Positions 51,976 through 63,577 of a DNA stretch of 64,000 nt are shown in pieces. The position numbers and the translations under genes are program-made. Under the pieces are notes generated by a model. That model did not search any database. It saw only the letters and a program-made list of their open reading frames with translations, and was not told where the DNA came from. Source of the stretch: Gracilinanus agilis (taxonomy: Eukaryota); the NCBI RefSeq assembly GCF_016433145.1, contig NC_058135.1, positions 276,750,211 through 276,814,210 on the forward strand, in the 5' to 3' direction. The first letter of the stretch is position 1, and each line of letters begins with the position of its first letter.

Positions 51976-52874
51976 TGATGTTGGCTGGCACTGGGTAATA
52001 AGGGTTAGTAATAGGCACAACATCCTCATACTCTGAATATGGCATTTTTCACTAGTTAGGACTAGTTAAACATCAAATGCAACATGTGTAGTTTCATCAT
52101 TAGATAAGTATAAACTGAAGATTATTCCGTTATCCATTCTGTGTTTTAGACCTGCAACATTCTGTGCTAGGGTTCAGCTTTGTACCTTCTCCATTCTATT
52201 ACTTTCTTATATTGTTCTTAGAAATAATTAATTACCTATAATGGTCTTCCAATATACCTGATCCCCTCTCTATGTTCCCACTCTGCAGCAATATCAAGAC
52301 CTCTCTATGACAAATGATAACAAGGTAGACAAAGGAGGAACATGGAACCTGCACATAGGGGACTGTGACATTTCAGAAGAATTGCCCAATCTTGGGCATG
52401 CTCCTTATTCCCTATGGCAACAACCCCAAAACATACCCTCTGCCTGATTTTGGGAAGGGATATGCTAAGCTACCAGATCCCAATAAACATGCCAACTCTC
52501 CTCCACAGGGTTTAGAAGCTACCACCCCACAATGGAAGCTTCCTCCCCAGAATAGAAGCTGCCATTCTTCAGTGCTGGTTCCACTCCTCAGAGGAAGCTG
52601 ACACCCTATAGCAGAGTTGTTATTTCATGCTATCAAGCTCAAGGAGGCTATTCTTCAAGTCCCTGGGCTCACCCATCAGCTCCAGGGCTACCTGATTAGC
52701 CACCCGCCCCACCACAGGACCCTTCTATCCCACCAGCTTTTATGTGATTATACCACCAAAAAATGCACCACTTCTTCAAATAAAATTAATTTCTTACTTC
52801 TGGATTGAATGGAGTTTGAATATTCCATTCTTGGGGTAAGACCTTGCTATAGACTTAGATCTGTTTCTCCCACA
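51976..52874 (+). mobile_element. ERV1-type 3' LTR
   Basis: Starts TGATGTTGGCTGGCA after the PPT, AATAAA at about 52779, ends ...cccaCA. Confidence 0.78.
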
Positions 52875-52879
52875 TCTGA

Positions 52880-54155
52880 ACCACTAGGAGTACCCATATA
52901 ACTGAGGTCAGAGACCCATTGGAGTATTTAGAAAGTTCTTGCTTACTAAACTTATTTTCACAAGTGCAGGGAGTTGAGCTATAAAAAGTGAAGTTACCTT
53001 ATACTTTGGTTGCAAAGGGTCATAATGGTAAATCATTTCCTTAGTGAGAAAGTAGGAGAAAGAAAGTCAATCAAAAAGCTGCTAACATAATCCAGGAGAC
53101 AATATAAAATTGGGGTTGGGGGAGGGACCATACTTAAAGAGATTTGGAGTAGATAACATTGGTGATCTATTTCTACAGAATTTTAGATTTTCCAGGTAAT
53201 TTCCCCACTACTAATGAGATCAAATGAGATAATTATAAAAAAATTCTTGGTACATTAAAAGTTATCACTCTGTAAATATTTATTCTCTTTCTCTTTTCCT
53301 TATAAACTTGTAAGGAAGATAACAATAACATTATCATTATCACTTTAATTTGATAGATAAGAAAACTGAAGCTGAGAGAGATGATATATCTTGGACAGGG
53401 TAAGAAAAATAATGAGTCTCAGAGACAAATCTCAAATCCTGATCTTTCGACTCCAAGTTGAGAGTTCCTTCTACTCAACCACACTACAAATCAATAATTT
53501 TTCTTTCCTCAAACTCCAGGATTCCATAATTGCTTCTTAATGGCTACTCTGTGTTTGGATCATTCTTACACAGAGAAACTGAAGAACTTTTGTTGTTTTT
53601 TCCTAGAGTATTGATGATTTTTTCTTCACCAGAATATTCACTATGTACTGAGAGAAAAATCTAAAAGAGAGAAAAGAGAAGCAAGAATCACCCAGTCCAT
53701 ATGACCTACCTGTAAGAAGATAGATTGTTCTGGCTCAGCACAGAAATATTCAGAAAAAAATCTGAGTGATTTATTAAACTTCTCATTCCCCTTTGGGTCC
53801 AAAGATGAAACTCTGTGTAGGTTAAAAATAAGTTATAATAGTCCTCAAGGGAAGAAAGAAGACATCTTTTAATTGTATCTGCACTCTAAAATCATTAAGA
53901 AACAAAAGCCCCAGCCCTGTGCTCTTTAAGATCTAATTCTATTTGTCTCTGGATTAATCAATTTTAGCAGAAGTGTTTTAGAAATAATATTGTCATTGAA
54001 AATTGAGACTTTTGTTGTACTTTCCCTCTCAGTCTTTAATCATAGACATAAATTTAGGCAAACTTCCATCTCTTTGAGTTTCACCTATCAGATGATGATA
54101 ATTATTGCTGTTTATTTCATAAGACTATTTTGATGATTAACTTAGATTACTACTA
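52880..54155. repeat. Older paralogous block C, copy 2 (upstream of the OR5AL1-like gene)
   Basis: Paralog of 39180-40370. Confidence 0.85.
53704..53875 (-). promoter_or_regulatory. Putative OR promoter/exon 1, paralogous copy
   Basis: TCCTCAAGGGA 53842-53852, TAATTG 53870-53875, donor CAG|GTAGGT 53712-53704. Confidence 0.5.
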
Positions 54156-54230
54156 TGTGAAGTAGAAATAGAGGAGACATTGAAAATTTCAAAATGCACC
54201 CTATTTAAACACTATTAAAAATATGACCGA

Positions 54231-54381
54231 GGATCAGTTCACAACTCCACCAGCAATGCATTAATGTCCCAGTTTTGCCACATCCCCTACAGCATTCATT
54301 ACTCTCCCCTTCTTTCATTTTAGCCAATCTACTAGGTGTGAGGTGATACCTCAGAGTTGTTTTGATTTGCATTTCTCTAAT
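54231..54381 (-). mobile_element. 151-bp internal L1 ORF2 fragment without tail or TSD
   Basis: 5 mismatches in 151 nt versus 23177-23327. Confidence 0.9.
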
Positions 54382-54394
54382 GATACAGAATAAT

Positions 54395-55090
54395 GTTACA
54401 GAACTTATAAACAGTAACGTAAAGACACATGTAAATGAAAAGGGGAAATGAATTTTGGGATAAAGAAAGAATTCTGGGAGATGAAATCAATGTACAAAAT
54501 TCTCTAACTATACAAACCAAAATAAAATTAGAGTTGAATAGAAAATGTAACTTTCAAATATAAGACTCCAGAGAAGCATAAAATGACAAACAGAAAAGAG
54601 AAAACACGAAGGAAATGAAAAGTTTAAATGTTTACATATATGGATAAGAAGATGTCATTTGAACTTCTAAAAAATTTGTCTTTATTAAGTAATTACCATT
54701 ACTCAAAAAGTGAAGGCATAGGTGTGAGATGACCATGATGGGAATGCATTTGGAGAAGGGTAAGGAAGAGGAAGAATGAAGACAATCACCTCACCTAAAA
54801 GAGGTAAAAAAATGAAGAACTTTTTTTAATGGAGCAGTAGGCATAGGGTAGTGGAGAGGGTAGAGGCAATGTTTGAACTTTACTCTCATCAGAATTGGAT
54901 CAAAGATGGAATAACATATATGCTCTGTTGGATATAGAACGCTATCTTACCCTATAGGAAAGTAGGTGTAGAATGAGATGAGAGAACAGGAATAGGATGG
55001 ATAGAAAGGAAGGGAGATTAAGGGATGTGGTGGTAATAGGTGAAACAGGCTCTTTTAGGAGGGAATGGTTAAAAGAGGAAAGGTTAAAAA
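54395..55090 (+). repeat. Duplication block B, copy 2, fused to the start of block A
   Basis: gttacagaacttataaacag...aggttaaaa followed immediately by block A sequence. Confidence 0.85.
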
Positions 55091-55507
55091 CTTGTCCCAA
55101 GAAACTTAAATGTATAACTTCTAACTTTAGTGCCTACCATCTCTTATTACTTTTATTGATGTGATGATAGAGTCTATATACTTTCACTCTTTCTCATTCA
55201 GTCAAGGAAGGCATCTCTCCACCAGGTTATGCTGAGTCATGAAAAATTAGAAATTGCCTAAACTGGTATGGACTGCCTCTAGAGTTATGAATTTATTTTC
55301 TTGTATTATTGGGTTCTGTTTCAAATGCATACAATGATACCTCTAAATTTATGATTTTAATTAAAATGGGCCTCATTCAAAAAGTTTGGAGTCATTACTA
55401 AAGGAAAGAAACATGTAAACATTAGAGGCAGCTAGACAGCTCAGTGGAGTGAGTGCTTAGTCTGGAGCCAGGAAGACCCAAGTTAATAGATGTCCTTTCA
55501 CTTTTAC

Positions 55508-55997
55508 TGATGAGTCTATCTTGTCAAATTATTTGTGGCTCATGGAATGGGATAAGAGGAATGTGATTAAATCAGGAAGGTCACAAAAGAACTCAAAATC
55601 TCTTGCTGATCAGTGACAAACTTTATTGACTTCAGGAAGGTACTTACAGAGAAAGTGATGTAGGCTAAGGGATTAGGTAAGCTTTTTACAGGGACAATGG
55701 TTACTAATGATTTACAATCTTAGTACAATGACTTAGTTTACCTTACTGAAGCTTAGACAGAGTTTTCTACAGGATAATAAATCATAGGCAAATTTGTAAC
55801 CATCTAACCAAGCTTCTCACAGAATTCCTACATTAGTAATTTCTTGGAAGAACTTACAATTTTTACAAAGTACACCATGGAGTGGTTGGAAAGGAAGGGG
55901 TTGGGGGGCCTCATGTGATGCCTAGGCTAAGTTTCTAATTGTTTCTAAATTATGACTGTGTTTTAACTGGGTTTTACTCATGCTGCTGGGGGCTATA
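55508..55997 (-). mobile_element. Paralogous solo LTR inside MAR1
   Basis: Duplicate of 4674-5155. Confidence 0.7.
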
Positions 55998-57769
55998 GTT
56001 TACTAGCTATATTAACCTTTGTTTGCCTTAATCTACTGCAGAACAAAAAAGAAATGAAACCACTCCAGTATCTTTGCCAAAAGAAACCCATGGACAGTAT
56101 GGTTGATAGGGTAATAAAGAAATGGATACAACTCAACAACTATACATGGCAATTACCAAATAACATGAAAAAAACATATCTTATTTGATACAAACATCAA
56201 TTATATTTGAAGTTCTATGATTATGATTATAAATGAAAAAAGTATGATTCAAAGTTAAAAAACCTGGAGCAGACAGAGATTAAGTGATTTTCCAAGCTTC
56301 ACACTGATAATCAATGAACGAGATGACTTTTGAATGCAATTTTCTTGAGTTTAAGCCAGTGGCTTATGCACTCTGCCTCTTAGAGTCCTGATAATTTCAT
56401 TTTCTGCTCACAAAAATCCTGCAATATAAGTACTGTTAATAGTCTTATTTTACAAGAAAGAAAAAATGGTCAAGACAGGTGAAGTTACCTGCCATAGGTC
56501 ACATGGCTCATATGCAAGGGAAGATTTAATAGTTTTTCTTGACTACAGGGCCATTGCTCTATCCATTGAAAAACATACCTTCTTTTAAAAGATTTTTAAA
56601 ATTCTCTAGAGAATTCAATCTATTGACCATATCCTGGTTATTTCTGGATCTCCTGCCTTCTCTCTTTCTACTATCATCCAAAATACAAACACAAAATGGA
56701 AAGATCTCCATCTTGACCAGCCAAAGGTATGTTATCATTTAGATAGTAGATATTCTTTATTTACTAGGCCTTTACTGTGTGACTGATTAAAATTGATCTA
56801 TTCTGATTGACTAAAGTCCTCTCCAACAACTTTCTGTAATATTCTTGGATAGGCAACAACCAAAACAATATCACCTACAAAGCAGAGACTGGCAATAATT
56901 ATACTTATTATTTCATGGGGCTGGTTGAAAATATTGACACTGTTATATATTATGGCAATTTCCTTGAGATCATCCTATCAAGTTCATTAAAGCTCATCAG
57001 TACTTTGGGGATATAGCCTCATGGGGATTAAGAAACCCATAAAGTTTTTCTCCAGCAACTGACTTTAGGGATAACATGAACAAACAAGCTACTGATGATT
57101 CTATCTTCCAGGTGAGTAGATTACAGAATTATTTATGTTCATCTCATTAATTAGATAAAAAAATCATATTTCTCTTAAGTAATTTAGTTAAAAAGAGAAG
57201 AAAAATAAATACTATGTGGGAATTTAAGGGAATAAGGAAATTTATGTGCTATATACGAATTTATTTAAATTGAAAGTGAATGAAAGTTTTTTAGAAATCT
57301 CACCACTTGAAATGCCCCATCTCTGACCAGTGTCACAAATGCTATGTTTTTATTCAGAGAAAAATCAAATGAACTAATTAAGGATCAACAATAACAGGTG
57401 TTCTCATATACTCTATCCTTCCTCAGGATCTAATTATGATACATCTAAACACTGATTATTTAAAATATTTTAAAATAATTCATACTATTATAGTCTCATT
57501 TTATATGTAACACATGATTTAAAACTTCCCACAATTCACTCCTAATTTTGTAAAATAAAATTATAATCAATTTTAAATTTAATAACATGATGATATGATA
57601 TGACATGCTATGATGAAAATGATGTTAATAAATTGTGATTGTGTGGAAAAATTGCTGCTCAATTTATCTGGGATGTTTCTACATACTAACAGTCTAACTG
57701 ATTATGCAAACTATGATCAAAGAAGGCTTCTTCCTTTTATACACAGATTATGTATCTTGGATTGAAGAA

Positions 57770-58708
57770 ATGACCAAGTTGAATGAAACCAAAGGAAGTC
57801 AGGTGACTGAATTCATTCTCATGAGCATCACAAACATTCCGGAGCTGAGGGGTCCCCTTTTTGTTGTCTTTTTACTCAACTACATGGCCACAGTTGTGGG
57901 GAATCTGGGCCTGATCATCTTAACAAGTGTTGATTCCCACCTGCAAACTCCGATGTACTTTTTTCTCAGGCATCTGGCATATGTTGATCTTGGCTATTCC
58001 ACAGTCATTGGTCCAAAAATGCTAGCCAGTTTCATAGTGGAAAAAAATACCATCTCCTACAATGAATGTGCAACACAGTTCAGTTTCTATATCATCTTTA
58101 TCACCAGTGAATTTTTTATTCTGTCTGCCATGGCATATGATCGCTATGTGGCTATCGTTAAGCCCCTTCTCTATATTGTCATCATGTCAAACAGAGTGTG
58201 TTGGGTCTTGGTAGTTATTACTTACCTCTATAGTATCATGGTATCCTTACTAGTAACAATTAAGATATTTAATTCATCATTCTGTGCATCAAATGTAATG
58301 AGACAGTTCTTCTGTGATAGTGTCCCTCCTTTGTACATTATTTGTTCAGACATAAGAGAGACTAAACTAATCATTAAGTTCTTTGCTGCATTTGATTTAA
58401 TTTCTTCCCTTTCTATAGTCCTTGTCTCCTACATACTCATTATTGTGGCCATCCTTAGTATGAACTCTTCTGAGGGAAGGCATAAAGCTTTCTTTACCTG
58501 TGGCTCTCATCTCACAGCAGTGGTTCTCTTCTATGCTACACTTCTCTTCATGTACATGAAACCCCAATCTAGTTACTCTTTTGATACAGAGAAGATAGCC
58601 ACTGTGTTTTATACCCTGGTTATTCCCATGCTCAACCCTTTGATTTACAGCTTGAGGAACAAAGAGGTTAAGGATGCCTTTAAAAGGGTCTTTAAGAAAC
58701 TGATATAA
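57770..58708 (+). CDS. OR8K3-like: Olfactory receptor, OR8K subfamily-like, intact 312 aa (copy 2)
   Basis: Same motifs; 19 aa differences from copy 1 by manual alignment; [10 protein letters not shown] (C to V); acceptor CAG at 57744-57746. Confidence 0.92.
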   Translation: MTKLNETKGSQVTEFILMSITNIPELRGPLFVVFLLNYMATVVGNLGLIILTSVDSHLQTPMYFFLRHLAYVDLGYSTVIGPKMLASFIVEKNTISYNECATQFSFYIIFITSEFFILSAMAYDRYVAIVKPLLYIVIMSNRVCWVLVVITYLYSIMVSLLVTIKIFNSSFCASNVMRQFFCDSVPPLYIICSDIRETKLIIKFFAAFDLISSLSIVLVSYILIIVAILSMNSSEGRHKAFFTCGSHLTAVVLFYATLLFMYMKPQSSYSFDTEKIATVFYTLVIPMLNPLIYSLRNKEVKDAFKRVFKKLI

Positions 58709-59607
58709 GCCTTCAAATTAAGGTCCAATGTAGAATATGATTTTGTTATATGTTATAAGCAAAACAACTTGCTAAACCCCTTTTCTTGAAGAAATAAATA
58801 AAATTTTCCTCCTGATATTTACCAGATAATTATTTTTGTGACTTCAAAAAATTCCAAACTCCAATTAATATTAATTGTGAATGAAGGAAATTAGGAGAGC
58901 ATTTAGTCTAAATTTTCTTTATAAATTTTCCCCTATTATATTACCAATAGTGAGTATACCATCTTTAGTGGAAATTTCCTTTGTGGGAGTATCAGCAAAT
59001 TAACAAAAACTTTAAAAAGTGAATTTATGAACTGAGTCAGACACTAGACATAAAAAATAAGTGAAAATGGTTCTTTTCATCAAGTAATTTACTTTATAAA
59101 GGGATAAATAAGTACAGGAAAACTTCCCTTCATATTATGGCAGCTATTTCATTTTTGCATACCTCACATTGCTGGGAAATTTTTACTTATAATTTCTCTA
59201 CAACTTTCATCTATTCCTTCTGGTCTTTCCCTTTATGTGCAAGCAGAAAATATTTATTCCTTCTTTTTGGTGGCAATAATTTAAATGCTTTGAGGAAAAT
59301 TTCAATCCCACTGAGACACTTTCTTCTGTCCCAAATCTCCCATTCATTTGCTGAAATAAAAAGAAAACTGTCTAATAGAGCATTTAAATCTTAAAATTTT
59401 ACTACAACTTTTTAGAGGCCTTGCATATTTAGAGTTTCTGTGACTAAATGTCGTATTTGCTATTTGTGATCTGTGATATTCTAAGCAATATTTGCCCTCT
59501 CAGATTCTAGTTCCTTTATAAAAACTGTAGATTTTATATATATTTAAGATCCATTCCAGTTCAACATTTATGGCACTTACATCTTCTTTGTTTTAATACC
59601 ATATATT

Positions 59608-59818
59608 CTTTTTTTTTGTGTGTATTTTTACACCATTAACTTCTGTTGTAGAATCACTGCTGTGTATTAGTTCTAAGGCCGAAGAGTAATAAGTCAATAG
59701 GGGTTAAGTGACTTGCCTAGAGTCACATAGCTAGGAAGTGTATGAGGCTAGATATTAAGCTAGGACCTCCCATCTCAAGGTCTGGTTCTCTATCCACTGA
59801 GCCACCCAGCTTCCTCCC
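59608..59818 (-). mobile_element. SINE1_MD-like SINE, duplicated copy
   Basis: Orthologous position to 9321-9540. Confidence 0.85.
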
Positions 59819-60718
59819 ATTTTTCTTAAATAAATTGTCAAATGCCATAATTTAATACCTCTTTACTATTTTGATTGCCTTCTGTTCACTTTGGAAGTTA
59901 TCATTGCCAATTCTGAAACATGTCACATAAAATTGAATATAATCCTCCTAAAATGTTCTGGCCAAGGCAGAATGCAACTAGACTATCGGTCTATTCCTGT
60001 TGCTATGGAGCCTATTTTAGCTTATTTAGTTTCCACATATTCTTATAGTCACTTATTAAAATTGGTTTGAAATTAAAAATCAAGGTCTTCAGAGAAATCC
60101 ACATGTGGTTATGTTTGCCCTATTATTTTTTTTGTAAAGTTGTTTGTTTTAATTTTTAATCCCAAATCAAATATAAACTTTTTATTTGTCCCTATGGAAT
60201 TTCTTAATGTTATTAATCTCATCTTAGTACATATAATGTTTAGAAAATATCAGGAATATTTTGTTGGTACATATGGGAATGGATCCTAGACATTTTTTTT
60301 TATATTTCACTGGCTGACTAATTAAGAAAGTTTCTATTTTGTAGATTCCAATGTCTTAAAATTTCTCTTCCTTCCTATTTCAAATATCACTCTGAGAAGA
60401 TGTCATGATCTGTATTAGTCAGAATATGTAATTCTTCACTGCTCAGCATTTCAGGCTCACCAGATATTTCCTACAATGAAAAAGTTTTTTTGGGGAAGAT
60501 TTGGAATCAGATCCTTTTGAAAAGAATGTATGAATTCTGATCTCAATAGGATTAAATGACATCATAAGTCTTAAGAAGAGAAAGTATTATGGGATCAGGT
60601 AGTGACTGGAAAGGAAATATGTTAAAAAATAAACTGCAAAAAAATTATCCTTTTTCAGATCTTGTTCTTTTTTTCAGGAGAAATGCTATGAACAAAATTA
60701 TAACTCAATATTTCCTTT

Positions 60719-62082
60719 GGTGTGATTAGAAAATGGGATAATTTTATTATTAATTGTTTTATAATGATCATATTGGACATAAAGGTACTTTTTTATGTGG
60801 AAAAAGTATTGGAGAGCTTTCTTCCTCAAAATTAATGCATTCTTAGGAGTTCCAAGGATCTGTGAACAAAAATAGCCCCAGAGAGTATCCTCCCCCATGG
60901 TATCATTAAAATGGTAAAGTTATCCTGGGGGAAGAGTTTGCTTTGTATTGATGGAATTCTTGAATGTTTCCCCTTAACTACACAATTTCAGAATAGTGAT
61001 AATATGAGAATGCTTTCATTATACACATTTTAAGACTAGACTTATGAACTTTAAGTAAAAAAATGTGACACATAAGTGATATGAATGAGTTAAGTTTACA
61101 AATAGTATCTCAAGTAATTTTTACATTAACCCCAAGAGGTAGATGTAAGAAATATCAACACCATTTTACTGATGAATGCACTAAAGACTAAGTAATTTAC
61201 TGAGTTCATTTAGGCTAAAATTGTTGGAGGCAATATGTAAACCAGGTCTTCCTTAACATAAGTCTAGAATTTGGTTCTACTTTGCCTTATGCTGAGCTAC
61301 ATTTCAACTCAAGGTCATACCGTTACTTAGTGCAATCATTATCATCATTTAAAACACATTTATTTAATAATTAATGCTATATACTTCCATTGAATTTGGT
61401 GATTAGAAAATGGAATTATTTTATTATAAATGGTTTTATAATGATTATATTGGACATGAAGTTACCTTCATTTATGTGAAAAAAAAGTATTGGAGAGCTT
61501 TCTTCCTCAAAATTAATGCATTCTTAGGAGTTCCTAGGATCTGTGAGCAAAAATAGCCCCAGAGAGTATCCTCCCCAATGGTGTCCTTAAAATGGTAAAG
61601 TTGTCCTGGGGGAATAGTTTGCTTTGTATTGATAGAATTCTTGAATTTTTTCTCTTAAATACACAATTACAGAATGGTGATAATATCAGAATGCTTTCAT
61701 TATACCCATTTTAAGATAAGACCTATGAACTTTAAGAAAAAAAAAGTGAAACATAGGTGATATGAATGAGTTAAGTTTACAATGAGTATCCCAAGTTAAT
61801 TTTACAATAACCCTAAGAGGTAGATACAAGAAATATTAACACCATTTTACTGATTAATACAATAAAGATTAAGTAACTTACTGAGGTCATTTAGGATGAA
61901 ATTTTTCTGGGCCAGATTTAAACCAGGGCTTCCTGAACATAAGTCCAGCATTTGGTTTTTTGGCCTCACACTGGACTACCTTTTAACTTAGGGCCATCTG
62001 GTTACTTAGTGCCATCATCATCATCATTAAAAACACATTTATTTAATAATTAATACTACATACTTCCAGTGCATTTGGTGAT
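60719..62082 (+). repeat. Paralogous copy of the 680-bp tandem duplication
   Basis: Same two-unit structure within block A copy 2. Confidence 0.9.
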
Positions 62083-62397
62083 GTGGTAGATGAAAGACAT
62101 ATGGGCTTTAAGAGGATTACCATATTTAAGGTATTATTGTGGTCATTTTGGTAGAAAATCCAAAGAGTTAAATATTCTTCTGGAAAATGAGATTTAGTAT
62201 CAGACAAATAGAAAGCAAATTTACATTTATTTGGAAGGTGACACTAAGGAAATTAGAGAGTTATTTGAGAATTACTACATGAAAGGATTTCTACCAAAGG
62301 GAAACCAACTTTTAAGAATACATATTGAGACCCATAAGTCAATTTGAATAAAAAAGAAAAAGGAATTTGTGAATGAATGAAAATAAATTAATCATAC

Positions 62398-62988
62398 TGT
62401 GAGAGTTAAATTAAGGAGTGTGACAAAGTGAGGAGAGCAGTTTAACATTATCTTTGTTTAATTTAAGAAAGAAGTACAGATAGAAAGATAGAAAAGATTA
62501 AAAGAGAGTCTATTAATCTAATACCCTATAAATATACCTAAAGTTCCCAATACTATCTAAAATTTCCTAAAATTACCTCTGTCTTCTGAGGACAGTTTCT
62601 TGTGCCTGGCATGCCAAGCCTATCTTAACCTACACTATCTATAAATTATTCACTAACTCCCTAAAATAATAGTCACCACTCACTCACTACTTAAATTGGT
62701 TTTCTTCAGTGGCCAAACTGTTACCAGCCAACTGCCAGTTCCCCTTACCTCAGAGACAGACCTCCTACTCTCTGGAGATCCCAGAGCCAAAAGACCCACA
62801 ACTGTCAGCCTGCTGCTTCCTTATCTCCTCACTCATCATCTCTCCCCCCTCACTTTCTGTATGAGGGCCCATTACTTCTTCTCCTCATTCCCAGTCTCAC
62901 TGGTAATGGAATCTTCAGCTCTGGTTAATTGACTCCTGTCAGTTCTGATCTATTTAGGAATCCTGCTCTCTAGCCTCTTAAGGACACA
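62398..62988. mobile_element. Paralogous solo LTR
   Basis: Duplicate of 12102-12695. Confidence 0.65.
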
Positions 62989-63392
62989 GAGGGAAAGAAA
63001 AAGAAAATCCTTTTTTAACAATACACTCTATGGAAAAAATATGCTCATCACTGGGGACACAAATAGAAATGGATGATGATCCCTACTATCAAGAAGCTTA
63101 TGTCCTAATAGGTAGAAGCATCAAATACACAATGTCTCAGCTATATGTCATATGAAAAAACCTTGTATTACTTAATAATGAAGCATATTGTAATTCATCT
63201 TCTTTAATGTGATTCCAGTAATAAAATCAAAGTTGATCTAATATTGGACTGTAGTGCCAACAATATTGATAATATATAAATTTCATTTCTGGGTCATGTT
63301 GTGGGTCTGAGATTTTTAATAATCATATGGCATTTCAACTTTCTTGTCCATCAGTGGTTATCAGTGGATGTCAAGGATTTTCATTCATTTTT

Positions 63393-63577
63393 TTTTAATT
63401 TTAAACCCTTAACTTCTGTGTATTGACTTATAGGTGGAAGATTGGTAAGGGTAGGCAATGGGAGTCTAGTGACTTGCCCAGGGTCACACAGCTGGGAAGT
63501 GTCTGAGGCTGGATTTGAACCCAGGACCTCCTGTCTCTAGGCCTGGCTCTCAATCCACTGAGCCACCCAGCTGCCCC
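63393..63577 (-). mobile_element. SINE1_MD-like SINE, specific to duplicate copy 2
   Basis: 15-bp TSD ttttcattcattttt; empty site in copy 1 at about 13091-13105. Confidence 0.92.

Noticed and set aside
45307-52874. Intact or domesticated gag or env (syncytin-like) gene
   Set aside because: Both are broken by stops, frameshifts and an L1 insertion; the protease DTG is degraded to DMR.
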